Of a stretch of 64,000 bases of DNA, positions 53,526 to 64,000 are shown piece by piece. The translations under genes were made by a program, and so were the position numbers. Position 1 is the first letter of the stretch. The number at the start of each line of letters is the position of its first letter. Below the pieces are notes generated by a model that had not been told where the DNA came from, ran no database searches, and saw only the letters and a program-made list of their open reading frames with translations. This DNA comes from Macrostomum lignano (lineage: Eukaryota), in assembly GCA_002269645.1 (NCBI GenBank), contig NIVC01000619.1:144601-208600 (forward strand). Direction: 5' to 3'.

Positions 53526-55906
53526 TTAAACCCCAAGACTGCGGATGGCCTGCTCTGCAGGTCATGGTCTCATATCTATGGTCTGCGGCTCAATTTGCTG
53601 CTGATATGTGAAAACATGTCTAACGAGTCTTAGTTTGCGGCTGTGGCCTGCAGAGCAGGCTATGAAAAGTCGGTTTTCTTAAGTAACTTTTTTGTTTCTT
53701 TTAACATCTGATTTTTTCTATACTATAGCGCAACAGGGATACTAAACGAGTTATGAAGTGTGAATATATTTTCTCAACAGTCATTGGAACAGTGAATAAA
53801 AGTTCAAAGACATAGTGAAAAATTTACGAAAACAAGTAATACGAACAAGTTTAAAATGATAAGCGAATAATTCAACAACGACCAACAAACATCGATAACA
53901 CCAAGCACGAGTACCAGTCATAGGCATAACAGCAGGTGAGTCACAATTTAACAAATAGTTATAATTATGATTGGCATGCCAATCTCCGAAGCAGGGCACA
54001 GCGCAAAGACCTGGATTTCCCTGGCAGTGATGGCAACAATAGACAGTTTTCTTGACTCGGCCACTCTTGTAACACTGTCTGCGACGCTTGGCTGGCTGAG
54101 CCTGGGCACCTGTTGGCCGGAGGCGCTTCAGGAGATGCTGCTGCCTATTGGGTCCTGTGCCAGGCTGTGCTTGAATTTGCCGGTTCCATGCAGGTCCAGT
54201 AGTCTGGATGAAGCCCTTGATGGTTAATTCCAGGAACTTCAGGAAGTCTTACGAGCCGCCACGAGACTGGTACACAACCCAACCGTTTCTGACAAGGACC
54301 AAGAAAAAGTGGGCCCCTAGCTTGGCAAACCACTTTTGGGTCCTTCTGTTTGGGCTATACGGCTGTAGGCCAGAGTCCAACTTATCAACACCGCCCATGA
54401 AGCTATTGTACGATGTTGCTGTTAGAGGCTTGAGCTCTACAACTTCATGATTTCCTTGAACAGTGCGGTGAACATGTTGAATGGCGGCGGCATTTTTGGT
54501 GTCAATAAAATACACCGTCTTTGTACCAGATGCCTTTCTGACGACGTACTTCACAACAAGTACACTGCCGCTTCGCATGAAGGCACAGCCTGGAGCGGGC
54601 ACGGCTAGATCTCTCAGTTCAACGGGGACACCGCGGTTTGCACGCACTGTGCAGGTCAGCAGTGTGCCGTGATGCAGCAGGTAGTCTGCTAGGCGATGCG
54701 ATCCGAACCAGCTGTCGCAAACGACATGGTAGCCAAGGTCCAGTACATATCGGCATGTCTCAACCAGCACCTTCTCGCTCATCGAAAGTCCTTCACATCC
54801 CAGATGTTGACCAAACTTATCATTCTCGGGTCTGCTCGAATGCACAAGAAAGTTGCAAACATAACTTGTTTTTGCCTCACACAAGCAATAAATTTTAATG
54901 TCATACCGCGCTTTCTAAGCTGGAATATATTGGCGGAACAGTACTCTTCCTCTGAGCAGCACCAGTTCTTCGTCTACGCTTAGCTCCTTCTCTGGCATGT
55001 ACACGTTCCGGCAGATCCGCGACACACAGTTGATGAAGGGCCTGGCCTTAGCCAGAGGATCAGCGGCGTCAAAGTTGGAGCAGTCATAGAAGCGTAGTAG
55101 ACTGCTGATCTGCTGAAACCTGTTTCTTGGCAGACATGCTTGCTGCTGGAAGAATGGCGTAGAATAGAACTCGCTTTTAGACCAATAGTGGGTCACTTCG
55201 GGTTTTTTTACTACTCCCATATAGAGTGACATTGCGACGAACTTTGACATCTCATTTACAGTGACATCCTTCCAGCTGGAAAATCGCGATGGTACATGTA
55301 GCTGTTCATCCTGAAAATCTTCGAACTCGCGCAAACGCTCGAGCATTCGTCCAGTCGCACAGCTTCTGTAGCAATTCGGGTGTCAGAAACCTTCGGCTGA
55401 AAGCTACTGGATCTTCGTCAGCGTTCTCGGGTTGCGGCAAATCCGGATTGACACCTGGAATGCCAAGGAACTCGGGGTCCTGGTTCGGCTTCTGATCTTG
55501 GCCAGGGTGGCATGCATGCCATACATTGGTTGCACCATGGGCAGTGGCCAAACCTTCATCTACCTCTTGCATTTCCATGCCTCCTTGTTCGGTTTCGTCC
55601 TCATCATCAGTGGAAAAACTGTCGTCTCCTTCTTCAAACTCGGGATCAGTATCAGTATCAAAATGCTCCGCTTGAGCCATAATGACGATAAATAGTTTTT
55701 AAAAAATTGAAAAGGACGTTAATAGACACTGCTCTAGCTTAAAAACTGAGCCACAAGCTGTACAAATAAAATCCTAAAGTTTCAAAGACTAAATACTCAG
55801 TAGGAGCTGCTACCGCAAACTAAAGACATGTCAGCCAAAGATTTAAAAAATGTTTATGACCTGCAGGGCAGGCCAAGCCGCAAACTGTGTCTATGGCATA
55901 ATTTAA
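53526..55906 (-). mobile_element. piggyBac transposon remnant (PGBD-type transposase, frameshifted); ends approximate
   Basis: Fragments 55306-55680, 54915-55346 and 54249-54884 carry the DDD motifs SVDE, VCDSWF and GGVD plus PRNRF; C-terminal CRQC...YCCHHC..NPGLCAVPCF; inverted repeat GGCCTGCTCTGCAGGTCAT (53547-65) / ATGACCTGCAGGGCAGGCC (55856-74); TTAA at 53526 and 55903. Confidence 0.9.
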
Positions 55907-56805
55907 GTGAGAAAGGAATCCATAAATCAGTCATCTCATGCACTGCAAGGTTCAGATTGAAAGCGTTGAAGCGAAGCAATGATCGACAACATTGTCGTTC
56001 CTGTGAACGAATGCGGAACCCGTGGTAAAGAAAGAAGCAGTTACGATAGGCAGTATTGTTACCCTTGCCACTGTGTTGGTAGTAGGGGCGTTTAAACTGC
56101 GGGGGGAGGGGCTCGCTTGGCTGGGGCGGGTGCGTGCGGGGTTGCGTGTGCTGCGGGGGGCGGGGGGTCACGGGGGTGCTAGCTTGATTTCTTATTTAGT
56201 CCGGTCCTCCGCTTGTTCACCGTGCATTCGTGTTTGCTCAGATTTTTTTTAGCTTTTTTTTCTCATTCGGCTATTAAATCTTTCGCAAGAAATAAATAAT
56301 TCATCGGCTGCCATTTTTTTTTCGACCCGCAGAGGTTCCGTTTCGCGCCATCCCTTGTCTTGCCTCGTTTCTTTTCCCCGCGGTTTAACTGTGAATATCT
56401 CGATTTCGAGCATTAATTTTCCAAAATAAATAAGTACTCGTGATCGCATTTGATTTGATTTGAGTGTGCAACGGATTAAAAATTAAATTCTCGTGGAGTG
56501 CGGGCAGTGCATTGCAGTGTGAAGCGGTGTGTAAGATGCATTCGCACTGAGAAAACGCTTGAGCAGTACTTGTTTGATTTCTCGCAGGTGTCAACAAGCA
56601 AACAAACGCTACATGATATTCGGGTAAAGCAACGCCTGTCTATGCTCACGCAAAAGCCTTCACCTCAAACATCGTCGCTAGACGGACCGGAAACACGTGC
56701 CGATCTGATGCGTATAAATTCGTAGTTGCCGACTGCTCAAAGCAACAAGCTCAGACTCGACTCAATCTACACACAGCTCGAAGAATCGACTCGACGTAAG
56801 CAATC

Positions 56806-56988
56806 ATGAAGTGGCAACTGGTTCTCGGACTTCTGCTATTCGCAGCCCTGGCCGTCGCCCAGCCCTCGGAGGCCAAGGCCGAAAGTGAGTCGAAGGAGGA
56901 TCCATCCGACTCGGACGATTCCAAGCTGTCGGAGGAGCAGTTCCCGAAGCTGAGGAAGAAGGGCTTCCACGTTCATTTTCATGGTTAG
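56806..56988 (+). CDS. P14: His-rich prepropeptide (GFHVHFH-G)
   Basis: Intact 60-aa ORF. Confidence 0.9.
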   Translation: MKWQLVLGLLLFAALAVAQPSEAKAESESKEDPSDSDDSKLSEEQFPKLRKKGFHVHFHG

Positions 56989-57239
56989 ATGAGCCACATC
57001 GCACATCGAAGTCGCTTCATCGAAGATTAAGACAACTCAGCTGACCGGACTTTGAACTCTGACTTAGAATCGCCCAATTCTAAATGATAGACGTGAAATC
57101 TACTCAGTCTTTATTCGCTGATCAGTTTTACCAAATATAACAACCAACACCATCTAATAAGGCACCCAATGCTGCTATAACGTTTGCGTTTTTGAGCTTT
57201 GTAAATTTCTTCAAGTCGCAGGTCGTCATGTGGAGAACC

Positions 57240-60200
57240 TCTCGGTGCAGCTACTTGTACGAGTAGATAAGGGTTTTTAAAAGGAAATTCATCGAAGATT
57301 TATTGCAATCGTTACTCTCTGAGTAAGGGGTGTTAGACAGGCCGGAGGGTGCCGCTGTACATATGGCTGTACTTTGGTAGGGGTTGAGGTGTGGGGGTGT
57401 TGGCCGCGCCGGCCAGCTTAAAGCCTCTGCACCCGGCCCGGCTTGGCTCCGCCGCAATTTCTCAATTTTTTGCTCAGCCACCGCCATGAGTGCCAGCCCA
57501 AAGCGACTCTAAACGTGCGCCAACTCAAGGCTGAGCTGCGAAACAGAGGCCTGCCTACTACGGGTCGCAAACAACAGCTTGCCAAGCGCTTGTCTACTGC
57601 ACTCGGTTTAGAGCAAGCTGACGAAGACTTCAACAACTCCGAGATGACTTCTGCTCCGGACGCCGAAGTCGGCATCAGCTGCGCGGGCGAGGCGCCTCCG
57701 GGGGCGGGGAGCGACCGGCTGGCTGCGCTGCGGCAGGAGGTGGAGCTGCTCGAACTGCAAGTCTGGAAGGCCGTCGTCGTGATCTTCAGCAACAGCTTCA
57801 CACTCAGCAGCGCTTGACGGCTCAGCCCCAGCCAGCATCATCATCAGGTGAGCCAAACGCACATACCAGTCTGCAGTTGCCCGAGGTTTTTGAATCTGGG
57901 ATGAGGGAGGCGGCTCAGCTTCAGGCCGCTAATTGCCAGGCTCCGACTCGCAAGTTGCATCTCGTCAGAGACCATATCAAGCTAGCCAGAGGACCCGGCT
58001 CAGCCAGTCAGGAGCAGTTGGTCGCCACTATGGAGAATGGCTCGCTCTCATTCAGAAAGCAGTAGCCGAAGCTGTCTAGTATCTCTGCTGGTCAGTGGAT
58101 CGCGGCCAACTCGATCATCTTGTAAAAGCTGATCAAGGAAAAACTTCCGGCGGCTGCTGGAAGCACTGATGGTCTCCTGACTGACGTCCTTGGCTACCTT
58201 GACTACAATCGCAAGATTGGCGAGCTGCTGGCTGCTGACTACCCGGAGTCCGTAATCTGGGAGTTTGACGAGGACTACTGGAGGCTGGTGGCGGAGTCGG
58301 GCATGGCGTGGGGTGAGGAGCCCCCTCAGTTGTACCACAAGCACCTCAACGCCCCCAGAAACCTGCGGTTCACGTTCGCTAAGCAGCCCAGCCAGCAGCA
58401 AATCCCGGCAGCAACCAGGCCGATCTGTCTGCGCTTCAACTCCGAGTCCGGGTGCACCCGCCAGAACTGCAGGTTCCGCCACGTCTGCAAAATCCAAGGC
58501 TGCCTGGCAGCGCACCCGGCTCACGCTCACACGCAGTCGCCGCAGTCATTACTCACCGGACAGCTGCCGGGTCACGTGACCGGTGCGAGTGCAAAAAACT
58601 GATGCCATTTTATCCAGCTGACTGCTCTGCTTTTAATTCCGATTTTTCTGCTTTTACTTTTTCGCTGCCCATCTCGTCTGACCTGCAACCTGACGCCTGG
58701 AGTGCTCTGCTCAGCGACGACCCAGACCGCGACCTTCTGATGCAAGGCGTCGTCAACGGTTTCGCTCTCACCAATGCTGGCCAGCCACCTTTGACTTCGT
58801 CCAAGAACCACGCCTCCGCCTGCTGCACCGCTCTGCTGTGGAAGCCCAGGTCGAGGAGGAGCTGCGCCTTGGGAGGTACATCCGGTGGAGCGGCCCGATC
58901 AAAGTCAACCCATCGGTGCCCTTCCCAAGTCCGACGGGCGGGTCCGCCTGATCCATGACCTGTCCTATCCGACCGGCCAGTCTGTCAACGACTTCTACGA
59001 CCAACAGAAGCACATCAAGTACTGCACTGTCCAGCAGCTGGTTCGTCATCTCCGTCCGGGACACTACATGGCCAAAATTGATTTCAAAAGCGCCTACAGG
59101 TCCGTGCCAATCAGGCCTGCTGACTACCGGCTCGTCGGCTCGCCTGGCGGTTTGACTCAGACAGCCAGGACAGTCTGCTCTGCGACACCAGGCTTCCCTT
59201 CGGCGCCAAAGCTGCTTGCGAAGTTTTCCACCGTCTTTCAGCCGCCGTTACCCGGCACATGCACCGGCTTGGCTTTTCTGCCACGGTGAACTACCTGGAT
59301 GACTGGGCAGTCGCTGGGAAATCTGAGTCCGAGGCTTTCGCTGCTTTCGATTGCCTGCTGGACATCTTGCAGCGCCTCGGCTTTACCATCAACTGGGACA
59401 AGGTTGTCAGACCTACGCAATGCATCGACTTCCTTGGCGTGCGCATCAACACCGCTACCGGCACCAAGTCGCTGCCCGAAGAGAAAGCTCTCGAGACGAC
59501 AAAGCTGCTGACTCAAACCTGCTCGGAGACTCGGGTGCACATGCGCTCTGCTCAGAAGCTGATTGCCAAGCTTAGCTGGTTCTGTCAGATTGTCCCTCAT
59601 GTCAGAGTCTTCCTGCGTCCGCTCTTCGACTGGCTGACAACTGCTGTTGACTGCAAGCTTTGGGTGACCGATGAGACCCGCGCCAACCTGTCCTGGTGGC
59701 TCAGAGCCCTGGCTTGGCTCCACCCCCCCCCTGGTGTCTTTGTGGCCGCGCTTTGATGAGGAGTTTGCCATGGAGACTGACAGCAGCCGGTCGGCGCAGC
59801 CGCAGTCATCTGGGGTGCCGAGAGTTTCTGGAGTGTCATCGACTGGGAGCTGGACTGCGGTGGGGTGTTCAAGGATGTTCATATCAACTTCAAGGAGGCT
59901 CTGGCACCTTTGCTGATTATCCTGCACCGTCGCTCTCAGCTATAGAACTGCAAGATTGTCATCTACACCGACAGCACCGCTGCGGCTGGCATGATCAATC
60001 GCTGAGCTGTCGTGACCCGCGGTTCCTGCAGGTGTACCAGACTGTGGCTCTGCTGTGCGTCAGGAACAGCATCAGTTTGGAGGCCTTTCGCCTTCCTGGT
60101 CGCATGCAGATTTTTGCTGATGCCGCCTCCCGCATGTTTGTCTCGCAGTCTGAGCTCATTAACTTTTGCTGCCGCTACTGCCGTACGCTCGTGATCTGCC

Positions 60201-61455
60201 CGCTTGAGTTCGCGTCGCACGCGCTCTCTGCCGCTTCCCAATCTCGCCTCCTTTTGCAGGTCGCCCTCGCCCTCCGGAGACGCCGCCCGCCCCCCGCGCT
60301 GTGTCCGCCGGACACCTGCGCCGCCTCGGCCTGGCGGAGAACTCCTGGCGATCCCACCTCAGCCAGCTGCGCTCCTGGGAAGCCTTCTGTGTTAGCGCAG
60401 GCCGCCCTTCATCTCCAGCTGACGGGGACCTGCTCTGCCGCTACATCGCGCACCTGGTGAGCACCCGGCTCCGGTCCTTCTCTAGCCTCCGATCCTACAT
60501 CCATGCCGTCTCTTTTCTGCACCAAGCCACCGGCGCCCCCGACCCAGCGAAAGACTTCACCGTGCAGCTGGCCCTCCGCGGCGCCAAACGTCATCTGGGC
60601 CTGCGATGCAAACAGGCGAAGCCGCTGACCATCGAGCACCTCAAGAGCATCCATCAGCAGCTCCCGCGCTCCATCTCAAGCGCAGATCTCAGGGCCGCCT
60701 TCTGGGCGGCTCTTCTGGTGGGCTGGTGGGGCATGTTGCGCCTTGGCGACTTCCTATCGACCCGCGGCAGCCGCTCTGTCTCGCGGGCTGCCTGTCGGCT
60801 TCATCTGGCTGCTGGAAGTTGGCCCTCCCTAAGTCCAAGACCAACCAGTTCGGGTCGACGCCGCATGTCGTTCTTCTGCCACCTGTTCAAGAGTCACCGC
60901 TCTGCCCTGTGCGCGCCCTGCGGTCTCACCTGCACCTGTCACCAGCCAGCGACCCAAGGCGCCACTCTTTGGCTACGGCCTCGGAGGCGAGCTCTCAGCC
61001 AGCCAGCTCATCAGCTGTCTTCGTGCGTGTCTGGCTGCGTGCGGCCTTCCAGCTGCTGGTTTCTCCGGCCACAGCATCCGGCGTGGGGGTGCCAGCTTCT
61101 GTCATCAAATCGGCTTGCCAGATTCGGACGTTCGGGCTCTTGGGGGCTGGAGATCGGACGCTGTTCTCCGCTACTTTTCTTCCAGCTCTGCCCTGTCGCG
61201 CCGCCAGCGCTCTGCTTCTCTCATGGCTTCGCAGCTGCAGGCTGCGTCCACCTGACTGCCTTCCCGCTTTTACTCCTTCCCTTCCCCATCATTGGGGTTG
61301 GGATCCGCTTTCTCGGCCGCTGCCTGCTTTTCGCAACTGATTTGTCTCGTTTGGCTCCTTCCGGCGTGTTTATTGATGCGATAATATACTCAGCACTTTT
61401 GCGGTGCTCAATAATGTTTTTGAATTTTAATATATCGCATAAGCCCACAACATAA
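57240..61455 (+). mobile_element. DIRS/Ngaro-like tyrosine-recombinase retrotransposon, degenerate; ends approximate
   Basis: gag-like region with a SAP motif and a CCCH-type finger (CLRFNSESGCTRQNCRFRH); RT (LPKSDGRVRLIHDLS, KIDFKSAY, NYLDD); RNase H (HINFKE, YTDS); YR (GHSIRRGGAS...LGGWRSDAVLRY); all on +, with multiple frameshifts. Confidence 0.9.
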
Positions 61456-62246
61456 TCAACAATTGTAAAATTACGAGTCACGAGCATTAACCGGCAGTTC
61501 CTCACTTCGCCGTTCATTTGTGACTTATTTGGGTGATTCGCGCGCTCTACCCTCTACTCAAGTTTGATGGCATATTTGAGTGCGTGCTTTGCCATATGTC
61601 GATGGATATGTCGATGGTTTCATACCAGTTCTAGCCGCTGTCCTGATCGGGTCAGTGGATGCTGCATACGATTTTTGTTCCAGAAATTACTGAAGCGCTG
61701 CCCATTACCGGCAAATGAAACCCAAAAACTAAAAAAGGAAACTACGCTCGTAATGAATAAAAACGGTGTCAATGCATTGATCATTCTCACATCTTAAAGG
61801 CCATCGAGGAAAAGTACATCTCAGTGGAATGCCTTCCATGAATGGAGAATGATATTAACATAAATTGAGCTACACTTTCCTTGCACCAAATCTGCCTTTC
61901 ATTTGACACCACAATAAATAGAAAAGTTCACGATTGCCGTGATGACCATAGTATTAGAAGTCTCTGTCTCCCAGCAGGATCGGCAAACAATGAACGATTA
62001 GATTGACAACAAGGATGGCAAAAATTAGCGGGAACTTCGTGTCAGTCTGAAGAAATAAAATCGTCAAATGTGTCCAACCTGGGCGTGTTCAAGCTGTTCA
62101 GGAGACCAGGACGCAGCAAGCTGTGATTGACAGCCTCGTCATTCCTTTGAGCGAATATCATGTACAAAATCCCGGTAGAGACAGTGAAAAAGAAGAAAGA
62201 AGAATCTATCAATTCTATCTAGCTCGTATTCATCTATTTGATTTGA

Positions 62247-62765
62247 ATCTGAGGCCCTGGACGACGGGCTCAAGGCTCGGCTGTTTCAGGCAGTCATCGA
62301 GACTGTCCTGTTGTACAACGCCGAGACTTGGACCCTGACGGACGCCTTGGAGAGGCAGCTGGACGCTGCGCATGCGGCAATGCTGCGTGCGGCTTTCGGA
62401 GTGCGCAGCGGCCCAGGCAGCGAGACCAACGCCGCGCTCTACACTAGGGCCCGCCTGACGCGGCCTTCTGACCTGCTGCGCGGCGGCGACTTCGACTGGC
62501 TGGCCACGTCATCCGGTCGGAGGCCCGCTGTCCTGAGCCGCTACACGACGTGCTGCTGCTCAAGCTGCAGGGACCGCGGAGGCGAGGCCAAGGGCGAACG
62601 GTGCGATACCCTGACCGACTTCTGAGTGACGCTGGCGCCCCGGACCAAGCAGGGGGATGCGACTTCCTGAGGGCAATGGCCCAGAGACGCGCTTTCTGAC
62701 TGCTCCCCCTTTCTGGCTACTGCGTGGCCGGCGGGAGCAGTACCTTGTTGTTGTTGTTGTTGTTG
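62247..62765 (+). mobile_element. 5'-truncated RTE-like LINE 3' end
   Basis: ARLFQAVIETVLLYNAETWTLT...; (TTG)n tail; TSD TTGATTTGA at 62238-46 and 62763-71. Confidence 0.8.
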
Positions 62766-63539
62766 ATTTGAGTTGGTAAGAATTTTCAATAACAAAATCA
62801 GCTTTACAGTCTGAGTAGATTAAACAGTGAAAATTACAAGTAAGGAGATTTAGTAAAGATAATACAATAAAAATAATCATAGAGGCTGTGAAAAGAATAG
62901 ATAGAACCAAACGGTCACAAAAACTAAGATTAATTCCCCCACCAGCAGAGACCAGGGACTACTAGTTTAAGTAGTCCCTGGCAGAGACAGAGAAACAAAA
63001 ACGATGGGGTGGCAGCGAGCAAAACGCGGCGGCGAGGAGGGGAAGGTTTCTCCTTTCGCATGTTGCATTTATTTTAAGCATTTGCGCAACATATGTCGAA
63101 TTAGCAGTTAGAAAATATATTGAAGATGAACCGTAAAAAATCGGAAGAAATATGAATATTAATCGAGCAGTGGCACACAGAAAAGGCCAAGCCTGAAAAA
63201 TCTGGGGCTTATAACCTCTTGAAACGCGGTGGATGTCGGGCTAGGCGAAAAGGAGGGCGCAAAGGGGAGGAGTGTGGTTAACACACATTGCACTGAGGTC
63301 CACGAAGCATTTAGAGCGTAAATAAACAGCACTATCCCTAACCTCGTCTTAGTTACTTTTTCCCTGAGTGAAAAGAATATCTGCTTGATTTTTTCGTTAA
63401 GAATATTTAATAAAAATGGAGCAATACGTCATAAAAAAACAACAAAAAAATGTGCAGCGACGCATGCAAAGCACAGTTAGAACAGGGGCGCGTCAGATTG
63501 CACCCGCAAAGCCTGAGAGCGGCCGAACTCCGCTCCGTT

Positions 63540-64000
63540 GGCAGTGTCGGGCGCCCAGCGTCGCACAGCAAGCAGTCCACGTATCGAGGGTTCGGCCTGA
63601 CCCGCCTGTACGGGCCCTGCAAGGTGAGCAGCAGGACATCCTAAGCAGGCTGGGGACAGTAGCTTTTGGCCCGGATCACGTGGCTCGCCAGTTGAAGTCG
63701 CCGCCGGCGCAGAATGATGGACGGGCGCTGCAGCTAGGCCCGATCATACAGGGCTCGGTCCCGACGCTCTCGTCAGCCCGAAAGGCCGCATGGAGGAGCC
63801 ATGCGTGCGTCGAGTCCACGTAGCCGTCAGTGTCCACGTCTCGGCGTTGTATAGCAGGACAGTATCGACCACCGCCTACCACAGCCGAGCCCTCGGACTG
63901 GAGGATAACTCGGATTAACGGAAGGCCGCCCAAGACAAGTCGTCTGCGCCGCCGGAGGTCTTCCTCCACGTAATTCACCAGACCGCGGAGGTATTTGAAT
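63540..64000 (-). mobile_element. Degenerate LINE fragment of the same RTE-like family (runs off the window end)
   Basis: FKYL..VNYVEEDLRRRR...LLYNAETWTLT-like segments with frameshifts. Confidence 0.7.

Noticed and set aside
62946-62981. Perfect 11-bp inverted repeat CCAGGGACTAC/GTAGTCCCTGG
   Set aside because: Too short to assign; probably a collapsed MITE, not a terminator, in a eukaryote

Overview
Eukaryotic (invertebrate metazoan) genomic DNA, repeat-rich; the repeat style is reminiscent of the flatworm Macrostomum, but that is unverified inference. The main feature is a ~48 kb cluster (9.5-57 kb) of 14 copies (P1-P14) of a tiny single-exon gene encoding a secreted prepropeptide: signal peptide, acidic spacer, RKK site, then a His-rich mature peptide. 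Eleven intact copies encode GFHVHFH-G, one intact paralog encodes FHLHLP-GK, and two are pseudogenes. The copies alternate in orientation almost strictly, share an invariant GGAAACACGTG box upstream of a TATA-like element, and differ mostly at synonymous sites. The predicted product GFHVHFH-amide starts with an ATCUN Cu/Ni-binding motif and has an alternating hydrophobic/His pattern. Two host-gene exons lie to the left (Shaw/Kv3 T1 domain; Sel1-repeat SEL1L3-like). Mobile DNA: a 12.7 kb TTAA-flanked TIR element with acidic cargo ORFs, one of them split by an Ingi-like LINE carrying a 2A motif; a piggyBac remnant; a DIRS/Ngaro-like YR retrotransposon; a solo LTR; a Crypton remnant; RTE-like LINE fragments; SINE heads; and two Penelope-type minimal hammerhead ribozymes. 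Many mini- and microsatellites are present. No rRNA, true tRNA or CRISPR array was found. All alignments were made by eye.
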